The position numbers and the translations under genes were made by a program. DNA of 64,000 nucleotides, taken from contig PMCS01000029.1 in assembly GCA_003154195.1 (NCBI GenBank), positions 132,547 through 196,546 on the forward strand, written 5' to 3'. This DNA is from Candidatus Omnitrophota bacterium (GTDB lineage: Bacteria > Omnitrophota > Gorgyraeia > Duberdicusellales > 4484-171). The notes under the pieces were generated by a model. It saw only the letters and a program-made list of their open reading frames with translations, ran no database searches and was not told the DNA's origin. Numbering within the stretch: position 1 is the stretch's first letter; each line of letters opens with the position of its first letter. Shown here piece by piece: positions 19,183 through 32,700 of this stretch.

Positions 19183-20010
19183 TTTTATCCTGCTCAAAAC
19201 CCTCTCCAAATCCGAAAGATTAAAATACTCGATGACAATCTTTCCCCGGTTATTCTTTTTGTGGGAAATTTTTACCTTGGTGCCGAGAATTTTTTGCAGT
19301 CTTTCTTCTACTTCTAAAACATGCGGGTCATTGATTTTTTTCTTCCGGGAAACGCTTCTGACTTTTTTTTCTATTTCCCGCACCGGAAGCGGCCCGGCTA
19401 AAATCTGTTGGAATAATTTCTTCTGCTCTTCCTCGTTCGCCAGACCAAGAATTGCCCTTGCCTGGCTTCGACTGATCAGTCCCCGGCTTAACGCCTTCTT
19501 TATTTCTTCCGGAAGCTTCAGCAGCCGGAGCGTATTGGAAATGGTAGTTTTGTCTTTACTGACAAATTTGGCGACCGTATCCAGGGTAAATTCGAATTCC
19601 TCCATTAATCTTTTAAAAGCCTGCGCTTCCTCGATGGCGTTCAAATCCTTGCGCTGCAAATTTTCTATAATGGCAACCGTTAACGCCTCTTTATCGTCAA
19701 TGTCCTTAATAATAACCGGCACCTGCGTTAATTTTAATAATACCGCCGCTTGATAGCGGCGTTCTCCCGCGATAACTTCATATTTATCCTCGGATGCCTT
19801 GCGCACCACTAAGGGTTGGATAACGCCTTTTTCTTTGATGGACTGAGACAATTCCTCCAAGTCTTTTTCATTGAAATCCTGGCGCGGCTGGTATTTACCG
19901 GGTTGCAGTTTTTCTAAAGACAGGTAAGCAAATTCTCTCGGCGTAGCCGGCAGGGTAGCTTTTTTAGGAATGAGCGCGTCTAGTCCTTTACCCAATACTC
20001 TTTTTTCCAT
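19177..20010 (-). CDS. parB: chromosome partitioning protein ParB/Spo0J
   Basis: GERRYQAAVLL ParB box, KGLDALIP N-terminus, HTH region; start set at MEKRV (ORF-track upstream extension begins at TTG inside a repeat element). Confidence 0.85.
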   Translation of the reverse strand: MEKRVLGKGLDALIPKKATLPATPREFAYLSLEKLQPGKYQPRQDFNEKDLEELSQSIKEKGVIQPLVVRKASEDKYEVIAGERRYQAAVLLKLTQVPVIIKDIDDKEALTVAIIENLQRKDLNAIEEAQAFKRLMEEFEFTLDTVAKFVSKDKTTISNTLRLLKLPEEIKKALSRGLISRSQARAILGLANEEEQKKLFQQILAGPLPVREIEKKVRSVSRKKKINDPHVLEVEERLQKILGTKVKISHKKNNRGKIVIEYFNLSDLERVLSRIKI

Positions 20011-20255
20011 AATTTGGATTGCCTTAGTGAATTCCCACCGACTTTGTCGGTGGTTTAGTATAATAAAACTAAGCCCCGCCGTTTCACGGCGGGCCAAGTT
20101 TTATTACCCGGCGCTAATTTTGGTGTACCGAAATTAGCGCCGGGCTAATTCGACTACCACCTCCCACTTCGCCCCCGCCATCCCATAGATGGCGAGGTCT
20201 CGTCAATTCGTTGAACGAATTGAGGGACTTCGGGCTTGTGTTCGGTGAAGTCTCA

Positions 20256-21023
20256 TTAATTAAGCTTAATCGGTTCTTTTAAAATCTCCTGCGCAAGGTT
20301 TAGATATGCTTTAGCGCCCACGCAATATTGGTCATAAAAATGTATAGGCTGGCCAAAGCTCGGCGCTTCCGCGAGCCGGATATTACGCGGGACAATACTG
20401 TTAAAAGCTTTCTCTTTAAAAAATCCGCGCACTTCCTCTATTACCTGAAGACTCAGGCGGGTTCGGAAATCAGCCATCGTCAGCAAGATTCCTTCAATCT
20501 CCAGATCCGGATTAAAACGCTGACGCACCAACTCTATGGTGTTGACTAATTTGGCAACGCCTTCCAGGGCATAATATTCGCACTGAACCGGAATTACCAG
20601 ACTATCGCAAGCGCACAGGACATTCACAGTCAATAAACCCAGGGACGGCGGCGCGTCAATAATCAGGTAAGAAAAGTTATCTTTTATTTTATCAAGTTCT
20701 CTTTTTAATTGCAACTCTCTATTTTCCACATTAACCAATTCGATTTCCGAACCAGTCAACGCAACCGTGGAAGGCATAAGGGAAAAATGCGGCCACTGGG
20801 TAGGATAAATACTTTCCTGTAGCGTCTTGGTGCCGGCAATCACATCGTAAATAGAATTCTTATCCGTATTGTCAAACCCCACCCCGCTAGTCGCATTGCC
20901 TTGCGGGTCCATATCGATAAGAAGTACTTCTTTACCGCTTAAGGCAAGGTAAGAAGCAATATTAATCGCGGTAGTAGTTTTACCAGTACCCCCTTTTTGG
21001 TTACAAACACCGATAATTTTACC
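20256..21023 (-). CDS. parA: chromosome partitioning ATPase ParA/Soj
   Basis: Deviant Walker A KGGTGKTT; start set at MGKIIGV. Confidence 0.85.
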   Translation of the reverse strand, partial: GKIIGVCNQKGGTGKTTTAINIASYLALSGKEVLLIDMDPQGNATSGVGFDNTDKNSIYDVIAGTKTLQESIYPTQWPHFSLMPSTVALTGSEIELVNVENRELQLKRELDKIKDNFSYLIIDAPPSLGLLTVNVLCACDSLVIPVQCEYYALEGVAKLVNTIELVRQRFNPDLEIEGILLTMADFRTRLSLQVIEEVRGFFKEKAFNSIVPRNIRLAEAPSFGQPIHFYDQYCVGAKAYLNLAQEILKEPIKLN

Positions 21024-21115
21024 CATAACGCAAATCACCAGAAATACTGTCATTAATTCATAACTCATTGTGCCGCAATGAGTTATGAATATTTTAATCC
21101 TCTTCTCTATCCCCT

Positions 21116-21131
21116 GTTTTCACGTGAAAAC
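21116..21131. promoter_or_regulatory. parS-like 16-bp perfect palindrome GTTTTCACGTGAAAAC (copy 1)
   Basis: Resembles canonical parS TGTTNCACGTGAAACA around a CACGTG core; 4 copies between parA and yidC. Confidence 0.55.
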
Positions 21132-21283
21132 GGCTGGCTGGTTAGATTACCTTTCGCACAATCCCACGCACCAATAACCAAACTTTGGGGAAAATAGTTC
21201 ATCCCTTGCATAGTTGGAACAGATTACCGGTTCATTTAATTCTAAACGTAACAAGGCAATGGTTAACCAAATAACTCTGCCCC

Positions 21284-21299
21284 GTTTTCACGTGAAAAC
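21284..21299. promoter_or_regulatory. parS-like palindrome (copy 2)
   Basis: Identical 16-mer. Confidence 0.55.
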
Positions 21300-21356
21300 G
21301 TAATTATAGTTTAATACTTAATTTAGTTTTTGCAAGAAATTTCTGCGCCCTGACCA

Positions 21357-21372
21357 GTTTTCACGTGAAAAC
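21357..21372. promoter_or_regulatory. parS-like palindrome (copy 3)
   Basis: Identical 16-mer. Confidence 0.55.
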
Positions 21373-21526
21373 GGAAGCGGTTCCGCGTACGTCAGGTAAA
21401 TATTTTTCGCACGTTTCAAATAGTGGAAAACCTGTGAAAATTGTGATTTCATGCAAATCGGCAACCTGCAGGTGTGGTTTTCTGGTGCATGAATAAACGG
21501 GAAAAATACATTTCCCGGGTTACCGC

Positions 21527-21542
21527 GTTTTCACGTGAAAAC
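21527..21542. promoter_or_regulatory. parS-like palindrome (copy 4), abutting yidC stop
   Basis: Identical 16-mer. Confidence 0.55.
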
Positions 21543-21543
21543 G

Positions 21544-22980
21544 CTATTTTGACCTGGCAAGATGAATTTGATAGAGGAGAGTCAAAAAATTCTGAATAAA
21601 CCAGTAAAGGGCTAAACTGGAAGGAAAATTATAGAAAATAACCCCGATAAAAACCGAAAAAAACAGCCCCATTCGTCTTTGGTCAACAGAAACCGCAGGG
21701 GAAACGGTAAATCTTTGTTGCACTAAACCCACACCCATTATTAAAAGCGGTATGATATTGATATAATCCACAGGGGGTGGAAACCCGAGCTTGATTGCGT
21801 GATCGGGAAGAGTTAAATCTTTAATCCACAAAAACTTAGCGCCTTTTAACTCGGTAAGACTTAAAAAAACCTGATAAAGCGCAAAAAACAAAGGAAACTG
21901 CAAAAAAACCGGCAAACATCCGCCGATTGGATTTACTCGGTATGTTTTATAAAGTTCCAATATTTCACTATTTAATTTTTGGGGATTATCTTTATACTTC
22001 ACTTTCAATTCTTCAATATGCGGCTGAATTGCTTGCATTTTTTTCATCGCCCGAGTGCTTATATTCGTAAGCGGAAACAGGATGATAAAAATTAAAATTG
22101 CTAAAATTATTATGCCTAACCCCCAACTTTTGGTAAGGTCATGACAAAAAGAGAATAGTTTGACAATAATAACACCAATACCATGAAAAAAACCATAATG
22201 TATAACACTTTGTAAACCAAAGGGTTGCAACGATTTTTGTAGTTGAGGGCCCACATACAAAGTCACTTCGGGCAGAGGAGAAACAAGGAGCAATGAAACA
22301 TTATTTTTGTTATCTTTGGCCCACTGAATATCATATTCGCCTTTAATTAAAGAGGCGCAAAAATATTGGGTCCGGCTGCCGGCAAAATCAACTTTTTCTA
22401 CCAACTTATCTTTTACTTTAGGCAGCGGCATCCGTTCCATCAGCAGGTTTTGAGAATAATAAATTCCTTGATACCTGTGCTGTAACTGGTTGGCGCTCAA
22501 AATGTTATGAAATAAAACCATCGAAGAAAATGGTGAAACCTTGATGGTAATTAAGTTTCCCTCAAAAATAAACTCTTTGCGGATATTATCGGCAGTAAAA
22601 ATAAGACGGTTTTGGTTAATGTTTACGGAAAATTTCTTATCCCGGTCAGCCGGAGTAAAACCGATATCTTTGATCAATAAGTCATCTGTGGGATAAGAAT
22701 TTAATTTTACAAAACTTACGTAACCACCGATGGCAGAATAAGTTATGGTGAAATTGTCCAATTTAAGTTCAGGTAAAGATGCAGTAACTTCTTGAGGAAC
22801 ATTAACGCCGGAAGCAGGAGCGGTAGAGGATTGAACAGCTTGTTGTGGCGTAACAGGTTGCTTTGATTGCTCACCTAACGGGACAGTATTTTTAGGAAAA
22901 TATTTAGCCCCGATATAGGAATAAACAGTTAAAAAAAGAAAACTCACTACAATTGCGGCAATAAATCGTTTGGTATCCAT
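21544..22980 (-). CDS. yidC: membrane protein insertase YidC
   Basis: N-terminal TM, periplasmic domain, C-terminal 5-TM Oxa1 core (MKKMQAIQPHIEELKVKYKDNPQKLN...). Confidence 0.85.
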   Translation of the reverse strand: MDTKRFIAAIVVSFLFLTVYSYIGAKYFPKNTVPLGEQSKQPVTPQQAVQSSTAPASGVNVPQEVTASLPELKLDNFTITYSAIGGYVSFVKLNSYPTDDLLIKDIGFTPADRDKKFSVNINQNRLIFTADNIRKEFIFEGNLITIKVSPFSSMVLFHNILSANQLQHRYQGIYYSQNLLMERMPLPKVKDKLVEKVDFAGSRTQYFCASLIKGEYDIQWAKDNKNNVSLLLVSPLPEVTLYVGPQLQKSLQPFGLQSVIHYGFFHGIGVIIVKLFSFCHDLTKSWGLGIIILAILIFIILFPLTNISTRAMKKMQAIQPHIEELKVKYKDNPQKLNSEILELYKTYRVNPIGGCLPVFLQFPLFFALYQVFLSLTELKGAKFLWIKDLTLPDHAIKLGFPPPVDYINIIPLLIMGVGLVQQRFTVSPAVSVDQRRMGLFFSVFIGVIFYNFPSSLALYWFIQNFLTLLYQIHLARSK

Positions 22981-23106
22981 TTTGAATTAGAAAAATCTGT
23001 TGATCGGTTGTCAGTTTTTATGATTACCGATTGTGGTCGATCGTCGACCTACCTTTAATATGCGGCCATTTGCCCTTAAGCGGTACCCGATGAGCTTAAC
23101 ATACTT

Positions 23107-23313
23107 TCAATGTACCGGGTCGTGCCCGCCATAATTTCGCGGGTTACAGCGTCCAATGCGGCAGATGGTCAATCTAGCCGCTTTTAAAAAAGAGTGCCGC
23201 TTAAAAGATTCTTCGGCGTACTCGGAGCAGCTGGGATAATATATACAACGCGACGGAAACAAGACGGAAATCCGGCGGTAAAGGGAAATTAAAAAAATGA
23301 TAATCCCGTTCAT
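23107..23313 (-). CDS. yidD: membrane protein insertion efficiency factor YidD
   Basis: 68 aa; YYPSCSEYA...RC.P...GGHDPV motif; start ATG overlaps rpmH stop (ATGA). Confidence 0.8.
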   Translation of the reverse strand: MNGIIIFLISLYRRISVLFPSRCIYYPSCSEYAEESFKRHSFLKAARLTICRIGRCNPRNYGGHDPVH

Positions 23314-23447
23314 ACCGTTAGTTTCTTTCTGCCCTTTTTCCGGCGCCTTGCCAAAACTTTTCTGCCGGAAGCATTATCCATCCGCGCGCGAAAGCCATGC
23401 CGCCTCTTACCTTTTAATTTAGTGGGGGTATGAAGATTTTTTTTCAT
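23310..23447 (-). CDS. rpmH: 50S ribosomal protein L34
   Basis: Not in ORF track; hand translation [45 protein letters not shown]. Confidence 0.85.
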   Translation of the reverse strand: MKKNLHTPTKLKGKRRHGFRARMDNASGRKVLARRRKKGRKKLTV

Positions 23448-23653
23448 AGGCAAAAGATTTTAACATAAATTAGTTTTGTGTCAACATACAAAAAATACAA
23501 AAAATAATTGCAAAGAAGAATTATTGAAGTATAATAAGGGTTACATATTTTTTAGAAAAGCCGGTAATAACTTGAAAGTATCGGAATTCCTGTTGTTCCA
23601 ACCATCCTTTAATCTGGTTGTGAATAAACTGTCTAAATTGTGAATAGACTTTT
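23448..23653. promoter_or_regulatory. AT-rich rpmH-dnaA intergenic region, candidate oriC/dnaA promoter with DnaA-box-like sites
   Basis: TGTGAATAA at 23619-23627 (1 mismatch to TGTGGATAA) and TGTGAATAG at 23639-23647; low GC. Confidence 0.35.
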
Positions 23654-24985
23654 ATGGAAAACTTGTGGGAAAATTGCAAACAAGCATTGCGTAAAAACAT
23701 CGGCGATATATCCGTGGATACCTGGATTGCGCCGTTGCATCCTAAAAAAATCGACGGCGCCGGCATTATTTTAGAAGCCCCCGACGGCTTTTTTAAAAAT
23801 TGGGTGGAATCGAACTACCTTGATCAGATAAAACAATCGTTTAAAGATTTATTCCAAAAAGATGTTGAGGTAACTTTTGAAGTCAATACCACCCTTCTCA
23901 AAAGCAGGACAAATAAAGTTTTAAAAGATATCAATAAAACATTTCAGCCTGCTTCGCCGGACTCGTTTCGCTTGAATCCGCGTTTCACGCTGGATAATTT
24001 TGTGGTCGGCGCCTCCAACCGGATGGCTCACGCCGCTTCTGTAGCAATTACCGACGCTCCGGGGAAAGCCTATAATCCGTTATTTATTTATGGCCGGGTG
24101 GGGCTGGGTAAAACGCATTTAATGCAAGCTATCGCTCACGCCATGTTTTTAAAAAATTCTCAAAGCCGGGTTAAATATACCTCTTCGGAAAAATTTACCA
24201 ATGAGTTGATTATGGCGATTCAAAACCGGACTACGGATAAATTCCGCCAGAAATATCGGGAAATCGACCTTCTTTTAATTGATGATATTCACTTTCTCGC
24301 CGGAAAGGAAACGGCGCAGGAAGAATTCTTTAATACTTTTAACGTCCTTTATGATTACCATAAACAGATTGTTATGTCCAGCGACCGGCCGCCTAAAGAA
24401 ATCCCGAAGTTGGAGGAGAGGCTGGTTTCGCGTTTTGGCTGGGGGCTAGTGGTAGACATCCAACCACCGGATTTTGAAACCAGAGTGGCGATTCTTTATA
24501 AAAAATTAGAGAAAGACCCGGTGAAAATAGATGAAGAGGTGATTTATTTTATCGCCAAGAATATCAGCACTAATATTAGAGAACTCGAGGGGGCGCTGAT
24601 AAGGATTATCGCCTATTCTTTGATTGAGGATAAACCAGTTACTTTGGAGTTGGCAAAAGACATTTTAAAAGATATGGTGAAAGAAATATACCGGCGGATT
24701 ACTCCGGAAATTATCCTGGAAAGGGTGGGGGGATATTTCAATACGCAGATCAACGACTTAAAAAGGGGTAAACGTAATAAAAATCTAGTTATTCCGCGTC
24801 AGGTCGCGATGTATTTAATAAGAGAGCTTACGGAATTATCCCTTCCTGAAATCGGCATGTTTTTTGGCGCAAAACATCATACAACAATTCTCTATGCTCA
24901 CAAAAAGATTAAAGAAGAGCTGAATAAAAACGAAAAACTAAAATTAATTATCCACACCATTACACAGGAGATTAAGGGTTTATAA
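23654..24985 (+). CDS. dnaA: chromosomal replication initiator DnaA
   Basis: AAA+ Walker A GRVGLGKTHL, box VII, C-terminal DNA-binding HTH. Confidence 0.95.
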   Translation: MENLWENCKQALRKNIGDISVDTWIAPLHPKKIDGAGIILEAPDGFFKNWVESNYLDQIKQSFKDLFQKDVEVTFEVNTTLLKSRTNKVLKDINKTFQPASPDSFRLNPRFTLDNFVVGASNRMAHAASVAITDAPGKAYNPLFIYGRVGLGKTHLMQAIAHAMFLKNSQSRVKYTSSEKFTNELIMAIQNRTTDKFRQKYREIDLLLIDDIHFLAGKETAQEEFFNTFNVLYDYHKQIVMSSDRPPKEIPKLEERLVSRFGWGLVVDIQPPDFETRVAILYKKLEKDPVKIDEEVIYFIAKNISTNIRELEGALIRIIAYSLIEDKPVTLELAKDILKDMVKEIYRRITPEIILERVGGYFNTQINDLKRGKRNKNLVIPRQVAMYLIRELTELSLPEIGMFFGAKHHTTILYAHKKIKEELNKNEKLKLIIHTITQEIKGL

Positions 24986-25084
24986 AGAATAAGCTGTGTA
25001 AAAAAATATGGTTATTGTTTTATTTTTATTGGGATCAATAATTAATAACAGTTTTCACAGGCCCTACTACAACAACTACTTTTT

Positions 25085-26184
25085 ATGAAGTTTATTATTA
25101 ACAAAGAAGAGTTAGCGCAAAAACTACAAATCATTTTTGGCCCAACCACAACCAAACAAAACTTCCCCATTTTAAACAGCGTCTTAATCTCCGCATTAAG
25201 TAATAATAAACTTAGATTTATTACTACTGATTTAGATATAACTATAATATCCTCTCAGGAAGCTACAGTTAGTGAAACCGGTGAGATAGCTATACCGATG
25301 AAACGGTTTATTTCTATCGTAAAAGAATTACCCCCGCACAATATCACCATCGAAACAACAAAAAATAACCTTTTAATAAAATGTGAAAAAATCGAATTCA
25401 AATTAAATACTTTAGATCCTAAAGAGTTTCCTATTATTGAAGAGGTGAAAAAAATATCATTAATAAAAATAAATTCTTGCGATTTAGAAGAAATGATCCG
25501 CCTAACCTCTTTTTGTGTAGGGTATGAAGACACGAATTATGTGTTAAATGGAATATTTTTTGAAATATCCAATGACAATATAAATACTATCGCTACCGAC
25601 GGTAAACGTCTTTCTTTTATAAGTAAAAAATTACCCGCCAGCCAACCAGAGGTAAAAACAAAAATTTCTTTTATTCTCCCCATAAAAGCAGTTAATGAAC
25701 TTTACAAACTAATTAAAGAAGAAAATAGTGAGATTTTCCTCTCGATAGAAGAAAATAAAATAACCTTCGATTTAAAAGGAACACAATTTATTGCCCGGCC
25801 CATCGAAGGGGAGTTCCCTAATTATTCACAATATATACCTAAAGAAAATAAAGATAAGCTTAAAATTAACCGGTTGCAGCTTATCCTGGCTTTAAGAAGA
25901 GCTGATTTATTGTCCACCCCCGATTATCAAGGGGTAAAACTGGAGTTAAAAAAAGACGGGCTGGTTGTTTCCAAAAATACGCCCCAGTTGGGCGAAGTAA
26001 AAGAACTTCTCGATGCCCAATACGCCGGCGCGGCTTTACAAATAGGGTTTAATCCTAATTATCTCATTGACGCACTGAAAAATTTAGAAGACCAGGATGT
26101 AAGTTTTGAATTTTTCGGCCCGGATAAACCCGCAGTTTTAAGAAAAGAAAATTATATCTATTTAACCCTACCCATAAAAATGTA

Positions 26185-26185
<1 letters not shown>
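25085..26185 (+). CDS. dnaN: DNA polymerase III beta sliding clamp
   Basis: 366 aa three-domain clamp; follows dnaA; conspicuously AT-rich relative to neighbours. Confidence 0.9.
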
Positions 26186-28852
<2,667 letters not shown>

Positions 28853-28867
28853 TTCGGCCGGATAATT

Positions 28868-29062
28868 AAAAGGCCGATAATAATCGGTTAAGGCTAGGGT
28901 TAGGCTCTCCTTCGCTTTTTGAGCTTCGGAGAAGTCTCGCCGAAGCCTTTGGCGAAGGCGGAAAGCCGGTTTAGGTTAAGGTAAGGGTTAAGGCTAAAAA
29001 ATAAAACCATTACCTTTACCATAGCTCATACCGGCATCGTTACCCTAACCCAATCAAAATAA
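28868..29062. repeat. family 1 (GGTTAAGG-type) intergenic repeat between gyrB and gyrA, inverted relative to 3776-3965
   Basis: Near-identical reverse complement of 3776-3965; ends ...GGCATCGTTACCCTAACCCA 5 nt before the gyrA ATG. Confidence 0.8.
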
Positions 29063-29066
29063 ACAT

Positions 29067-31514
29067 ATGCCCGACAACGTCCCTATACAAGAAAAAGTTT
29101 TGTCGCGCGATCTCGAAGAAGAGATGAAGGATTCCTACCTTTCCTATTCGATGAGCGTTATTATCGGCCGCGCCCTGCCCGACATCCGCGATGGGCTTAA
29201 GCCCGTGCACCGGCGGATCATGTACGCGATGCACGAGCTGCATCTGCATCATTCCAATCCCCATAAAAAATGCGCCCGCGTGGTCGGTGAAGTTTTGGGT
29301 AAATATCATCCGCACGGAGATATCGCCGTTTATGACGCGTTAGTGCGCATGGCTCAGGATTTTTCTTTGCGCTATCCGCTGGTCGACGGCCAGGGAAACT
29401 TTGGTTCGATTGACGGCGACCCGCCGGCAGCGATGCGATATTCTGAAGCGCGCCTGACGCGTATCGCCGATTATGCCCTGCAGGATATCGATAAGGATAC
29501 GGTTAACTTTTTCCCCAATTTTGACAATTCTTTGATGGAACCGGAGGTTTTGCCTTCGGTGATCCCGCAGCTTTTAGTCAATGGCGCCAGTGGTATCGCC
29601 GTAGGCATGGCGACTAATATTCCCAGCCACAACATCGCCGAAGTCTGCGATGCCATCGCTTATATTATCGATAATCCCGGCGCGAGCATCAAAGAGCTTT
29701 GCCGTTATATCAAGGGGCCGGATTTTCCCACCGGCGGCATCATCTGCGGCAAGAGCGAAATCATGAGGATGTATCAAGAAGGTAAGGGTAAGCTTACCGT
29801 CCGCGCTAAAGCCACAATCGAACATGAAAAAAACCGCGCGCAGATTGTGATTACCGAGATTCCCTATCAGCTTAACAAAAGCAATCTGATGGAATCTATC
29901 GCTAATCTTATTAACGAAAAGAAAATAGAAGGCATTTCTGATTTGCGCGACGAATCGGATAAGGATGGTATAAGGATTGTGCTGGAAGTCAAACGTGACG
30001 CCCAGCCGGAAATAATTCTTAACCAGCTTTATAAGCATACTAATTTAGAGACAACCTTCGGCGCGATTTGTTTGGCGATTGTCAATCGCAAACCGCAGAT
30101 TTTAAATTTAAAAGAATTTTTAAGCCATCACGTGACTTTCCGCAAGGAAGTTATTGTGCGCCGGACTAAATTCGAACTCGACAAAGCGCAGCAGCGCGCC
30201 CATATCCTGGAAGGGTTAAAAATCGCGCTGAAGTTCCTCGATGAAGTGGTTAAACTTATACGGAAATCCAAAAGCCCCGAGGAAGCCAAGGCCGGGCTGA
30301 TGGATAAATTCGACCTGTCCGATGCTCAAGCTCAGGCAATCCTGGAAATGCAATTACAGCGGCTCTGTGCTTTAGAGCGGGAGAAGATCGAACAGGAATA
30401 TCTGGAATTGATTAAGAGGATAGAATATTATAATTTGATTTTAGCGTCGGAGAAAAAACAGGAAGCTTTGATTAAAGAAGAGCTGAAAGAAGTGAAAGAA
30501 AAATTTTCCGATCCGCGCCGCACCGAGATCGTCGCGCAAAAAGAAGAGATCGAGATAGAAGATTTGATCGTGGAAGAAGATATGGTAGTAACAATCACCG
30601 GCTCCGGCTATATCAAGCGCCAGCCGCTGACCGCTTACCGGCAGCAGCGCCGCGGCGGACGCGGGGTAACAGCGATGACCACGGCGGAGGAAGATTTTGT
30701 CGAACATCTGTTTGTCGCTTCCAGCAAGGACACGCTGCTTTATTTTTCCAATGAAGGAAGGGTTTTTCCCACCAAAACCTATGAGATTCCCGTGGGCACG
30801 CGCCAGGCCAAAGGCCGCTCGCTGGTTAATTTACTGAATTTAGGAAACCAGGAGAAAATCACCGCTGTCCTTTCGGTGAAAGAATTCGACGACAAGCGGT
30901 GTATTTTTATGGCTACGCAAAAGGGTGTCGTCAAGCGTTCTTCCCTGGATTTATTCGCCAATGTGCGCAAGAACGGTATTTGCGCCATTACTTTAGAAAA
31001 AGGCGACCAGTTGATCGGCGCGGGGCCATGTTCCGAAAACGACCAGGCGATTTTGGCTACCAAAAAAGGCCTGGCCATACGTTTTAACACCAAGGATATC
31101 CGTCCTACCGGCCGCCAGTCACAGGGCGTGCGCGGAGTGAAATTAATCAAAGATAATATCGTGATCGGCATGGTGCTTTTAGAGGGGACGCTGAAAAAAG
31201 AAGATTTTTACCTTATTACCGCTACTTCCAAGGGGTTCGCCAAGAGGACCGATATCGACGAATACCGGATACAATCACGCGGCGGCAAGGGCATAATCAA
31301 TATCAAGCTTTCCGAAAAAATCGGCCAAGTAGAAGGATTAGTCCTGGCGCAGGAAAACGACGAGTTGATGTGTATCACCCAAAAAGGTATTCTTATCCGC
31401 TCCAAAGTAAAAGACATCCGTTCTTCCGGCCGTTCTACCCAGGGCGTTAAGATTATCAATCTTGACGAAGGCGATAAGCTTGCCATGATTGCCCGTATTA
31501 TACCGGAAGACTAA
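29067..31514 (+). CDS. gyrA: DNA gyrase subunit A
   Basis: Active-site Tyr region ([10 protein letters not shown]), GyrA box and C-terminal beta-pinwheel repeats. Confidence 0.95.
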   Translation: MPDNVPIQEKVLSRDLEEEMKDSYLSYSMSVIIGRALPDIRDGLKPVHRRIMYAMHELHLHHSNPHKKCARVVGEVLGKYHPHGDIAVYDALVRMAQDFSLRYPLVDGQGNFGSIDGDPPAAMRYSEARLTRIADYALQDIDKDTVNFFPNFDNSLMEPEVLPSVIPQLLVNGASGIAVGMATNIPSHNIAEVCDAIAYIIDNPGASIKELCRYIKGPDFPTGGIICGKSEIMRMYQEGKGKLTVRAKATIEHEKNRAQIVITEIPYQLNKSNLMESIANLINEKKIEGISDLRDESDKDGIRIVLEVKRDAQPEIILNQLYKHTNLETTFGAICLAIVNRKPQILNLKEFLSHHVTFRKEVIVRRTKFELDKAQQRAHILEGLKIALKFLDEVVKLIRKSKSPEEAKAGLMDKFDLSDAQAQAILEMQLQRLCALEREKIEQEYLELIKRIEYYNLILASEKKQEALIKEELKEVKEKFSDPRRTEIVAQKEEIEIEDLIVEEDMVVTITGSGYIKRQPLTAYRQQRRGGRGVTAMTTAEEDFVEHLFVASSKDTLLYFSNEGRVFPTKTYEIPVGTRQAKGRSLVNLLNLGNQEKITAVLSVKEFDDKRCIFMATQKGVVKRSSLDLFANVRKNGICAITLEKGDQLIGAGPCSENDQAILATKKGLAIRFNTKDIRPTGRQSQGVRGVKLIKDNIVIGMVLLEGTLKKEDFYLITATSKGFAKRTDIDEYRIQSRGGKGIINIKLSEKIGQVEGLVLAQENDELMCITQKGILIRSKVKDIRSSGRSTQGVKIINLDEGDKLAMIARIIPED

Positions 31515-31638
31515 TTTTTATTTTTTACGAAGTAAAAAATAAAAATCTGTCCGCTTGCGCGGATTATAGAGAATATAGAAAATAAAAAGCGGGAAGCCTG
31601 GTCTATCCGGGCAAGCCGCGGTCTTTTATAATTACTAC

Positions 31639-31712
31639 GTCCCCATCGTCTAGCCTGGTTTAGGACATCGCCCTTTCACGGCGACGGCGCCAGTTCAAAT
31701 CTGGCTGGGGAC
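31639..31712 (+). tRNA. tRNA-Glu (anticodon TTC)
   Basis: GTCCCCATCGTCTAGCC...anticodon loop CTTTCAC...GGGGACG; 3' 17 nt duplicated at 31815-31831; flanked by twin AT-rich hairpins. Confidence 0.75.
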
Positions 31713-31888
31713 GCTTTTTTTGGAAAAGTAGTTCTTCAGCCCAAGCGAGGCCAGTTCTCTCGCCTGCACTTCGTTCGGCGGGATTTCGCTGGATAGCGGC
31801 ATTACGGTGCTCAAAAATCTGGCTGGGGACGTTTTATTTTTTACTGCGTAAAAAATAAAACCTTTCCGCTTCGCGGGTGCAAAAACTA

Positions 31889-32602
31889 ATGAAAATTAAC
31901 CTCAGTTTCGATAAATACCTCCAATTATTCAGTAATCTTAACGTTCATGAACGATACGGGCTTATTCTGGCCGCGATACTGGTTTTAGCGGTTTTTCTGC
32001 GGATTTATCAAAGGAGAAGAAACCGAAAGGGCAAAGAAGCTGTTTCGGCCGGGCCGGACACTGAGTCACCATGCAAAACAAAGAAATTTTTCTGGCTGAA
32101 ACTGGGGCGAAAAGAAAAAACGGGAAAATTATTACCAGAAGGAGAAAACGCTCCGGCATCAAGGCCAAAACGGTTGTTGGGCGCGACGATTCTCGGCTGT
32201 GTTAATCTTTTTGTTTTTGGCCTCATCCCCTGCGGCGGCCTTATTTTTGTTTATTTTAAAACGGATTCAGAATTAGCCTCGATGCTGCAGACGATGCTGC
32301 TTGATACTTTAAATCTGGAGCTTACGGAAGTTCAATTTAAACAGGCGGTATTAACGCAGGCGATGCTGTCCCTTCCTTTTGTGCTTTCCGGGATCGGCCT
32401 CCTTTCAGGGAAAGAATGGGCAAGAAAATTTACCGTCATCTGTGCTTTTATAATCGCGCTTTTGATCGCCGCTTCCATTTTTTTCAATCCCGCACTGATT
32501 AAAGAAGGTATTTTACAGATAATTTATCCGGGAATCCTTATCTTCTATCTTACCAATAAAAATGTGACGGAATATTTTAAACAAATTATTTCGCGAAAAT
32601 AA
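31889..32602 (+). CDS. hypothetical membrane protein
   Basis: Several predicted TM helices; no recognisable domain. Confidence 0.35.
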   Translation: MKINLSFDKYLQLFSNLNVHERYGLILAAILVLAVFLRIYQRRRNRKGKEAVSAGPDTESPCKTKKFFWLKLGRKEKTGKLLPEGENAPASRPKRLLGATILGCVNLFVFGLIPCGGLIFVYFKTDSELASMLQTMLLDTLNLELTEVQFKQAVLTQAMLSLPFVLSGIGLLSGKEWARKFTVICAFIIALLIAASIFFNPALIKEGILQIIYPGILIFYLTNKNVTEYFKQIISRK

Positions 32603-32700
32603 CGCGAAATAATTAGGTTTTATTTCGTTAAAGCCGGAGATGGTGGGTAATTTAAATTCGGCCTTATGCGAAATGAAAATTTAGGACGAATCTAAATTAT

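Noticed and set aside
21100-21545. Possible CRISPR array (four identical repeats with spacers)
   Set aside because: Repeat is a 16-bp perfect palindrome with unequal spacers (168/73/170 bp), far from CRISPR repeat/spacer geometry and with no cas genes. Better explained as parS-like sites.
23521-23766. 81-aa minus-strand ORF spanning the dnaA start
   Set aside because: Overlaps the dnaA start codon and the AT-rich origin/promoter region. No coding signal.
32603-32700. glmS ribozyme upstream of glmS
   Set aside because: Leader is only ~100 nt and lacks the conserved glmS ribozyme core segments. An ordinary promoter/RBS is more likely.
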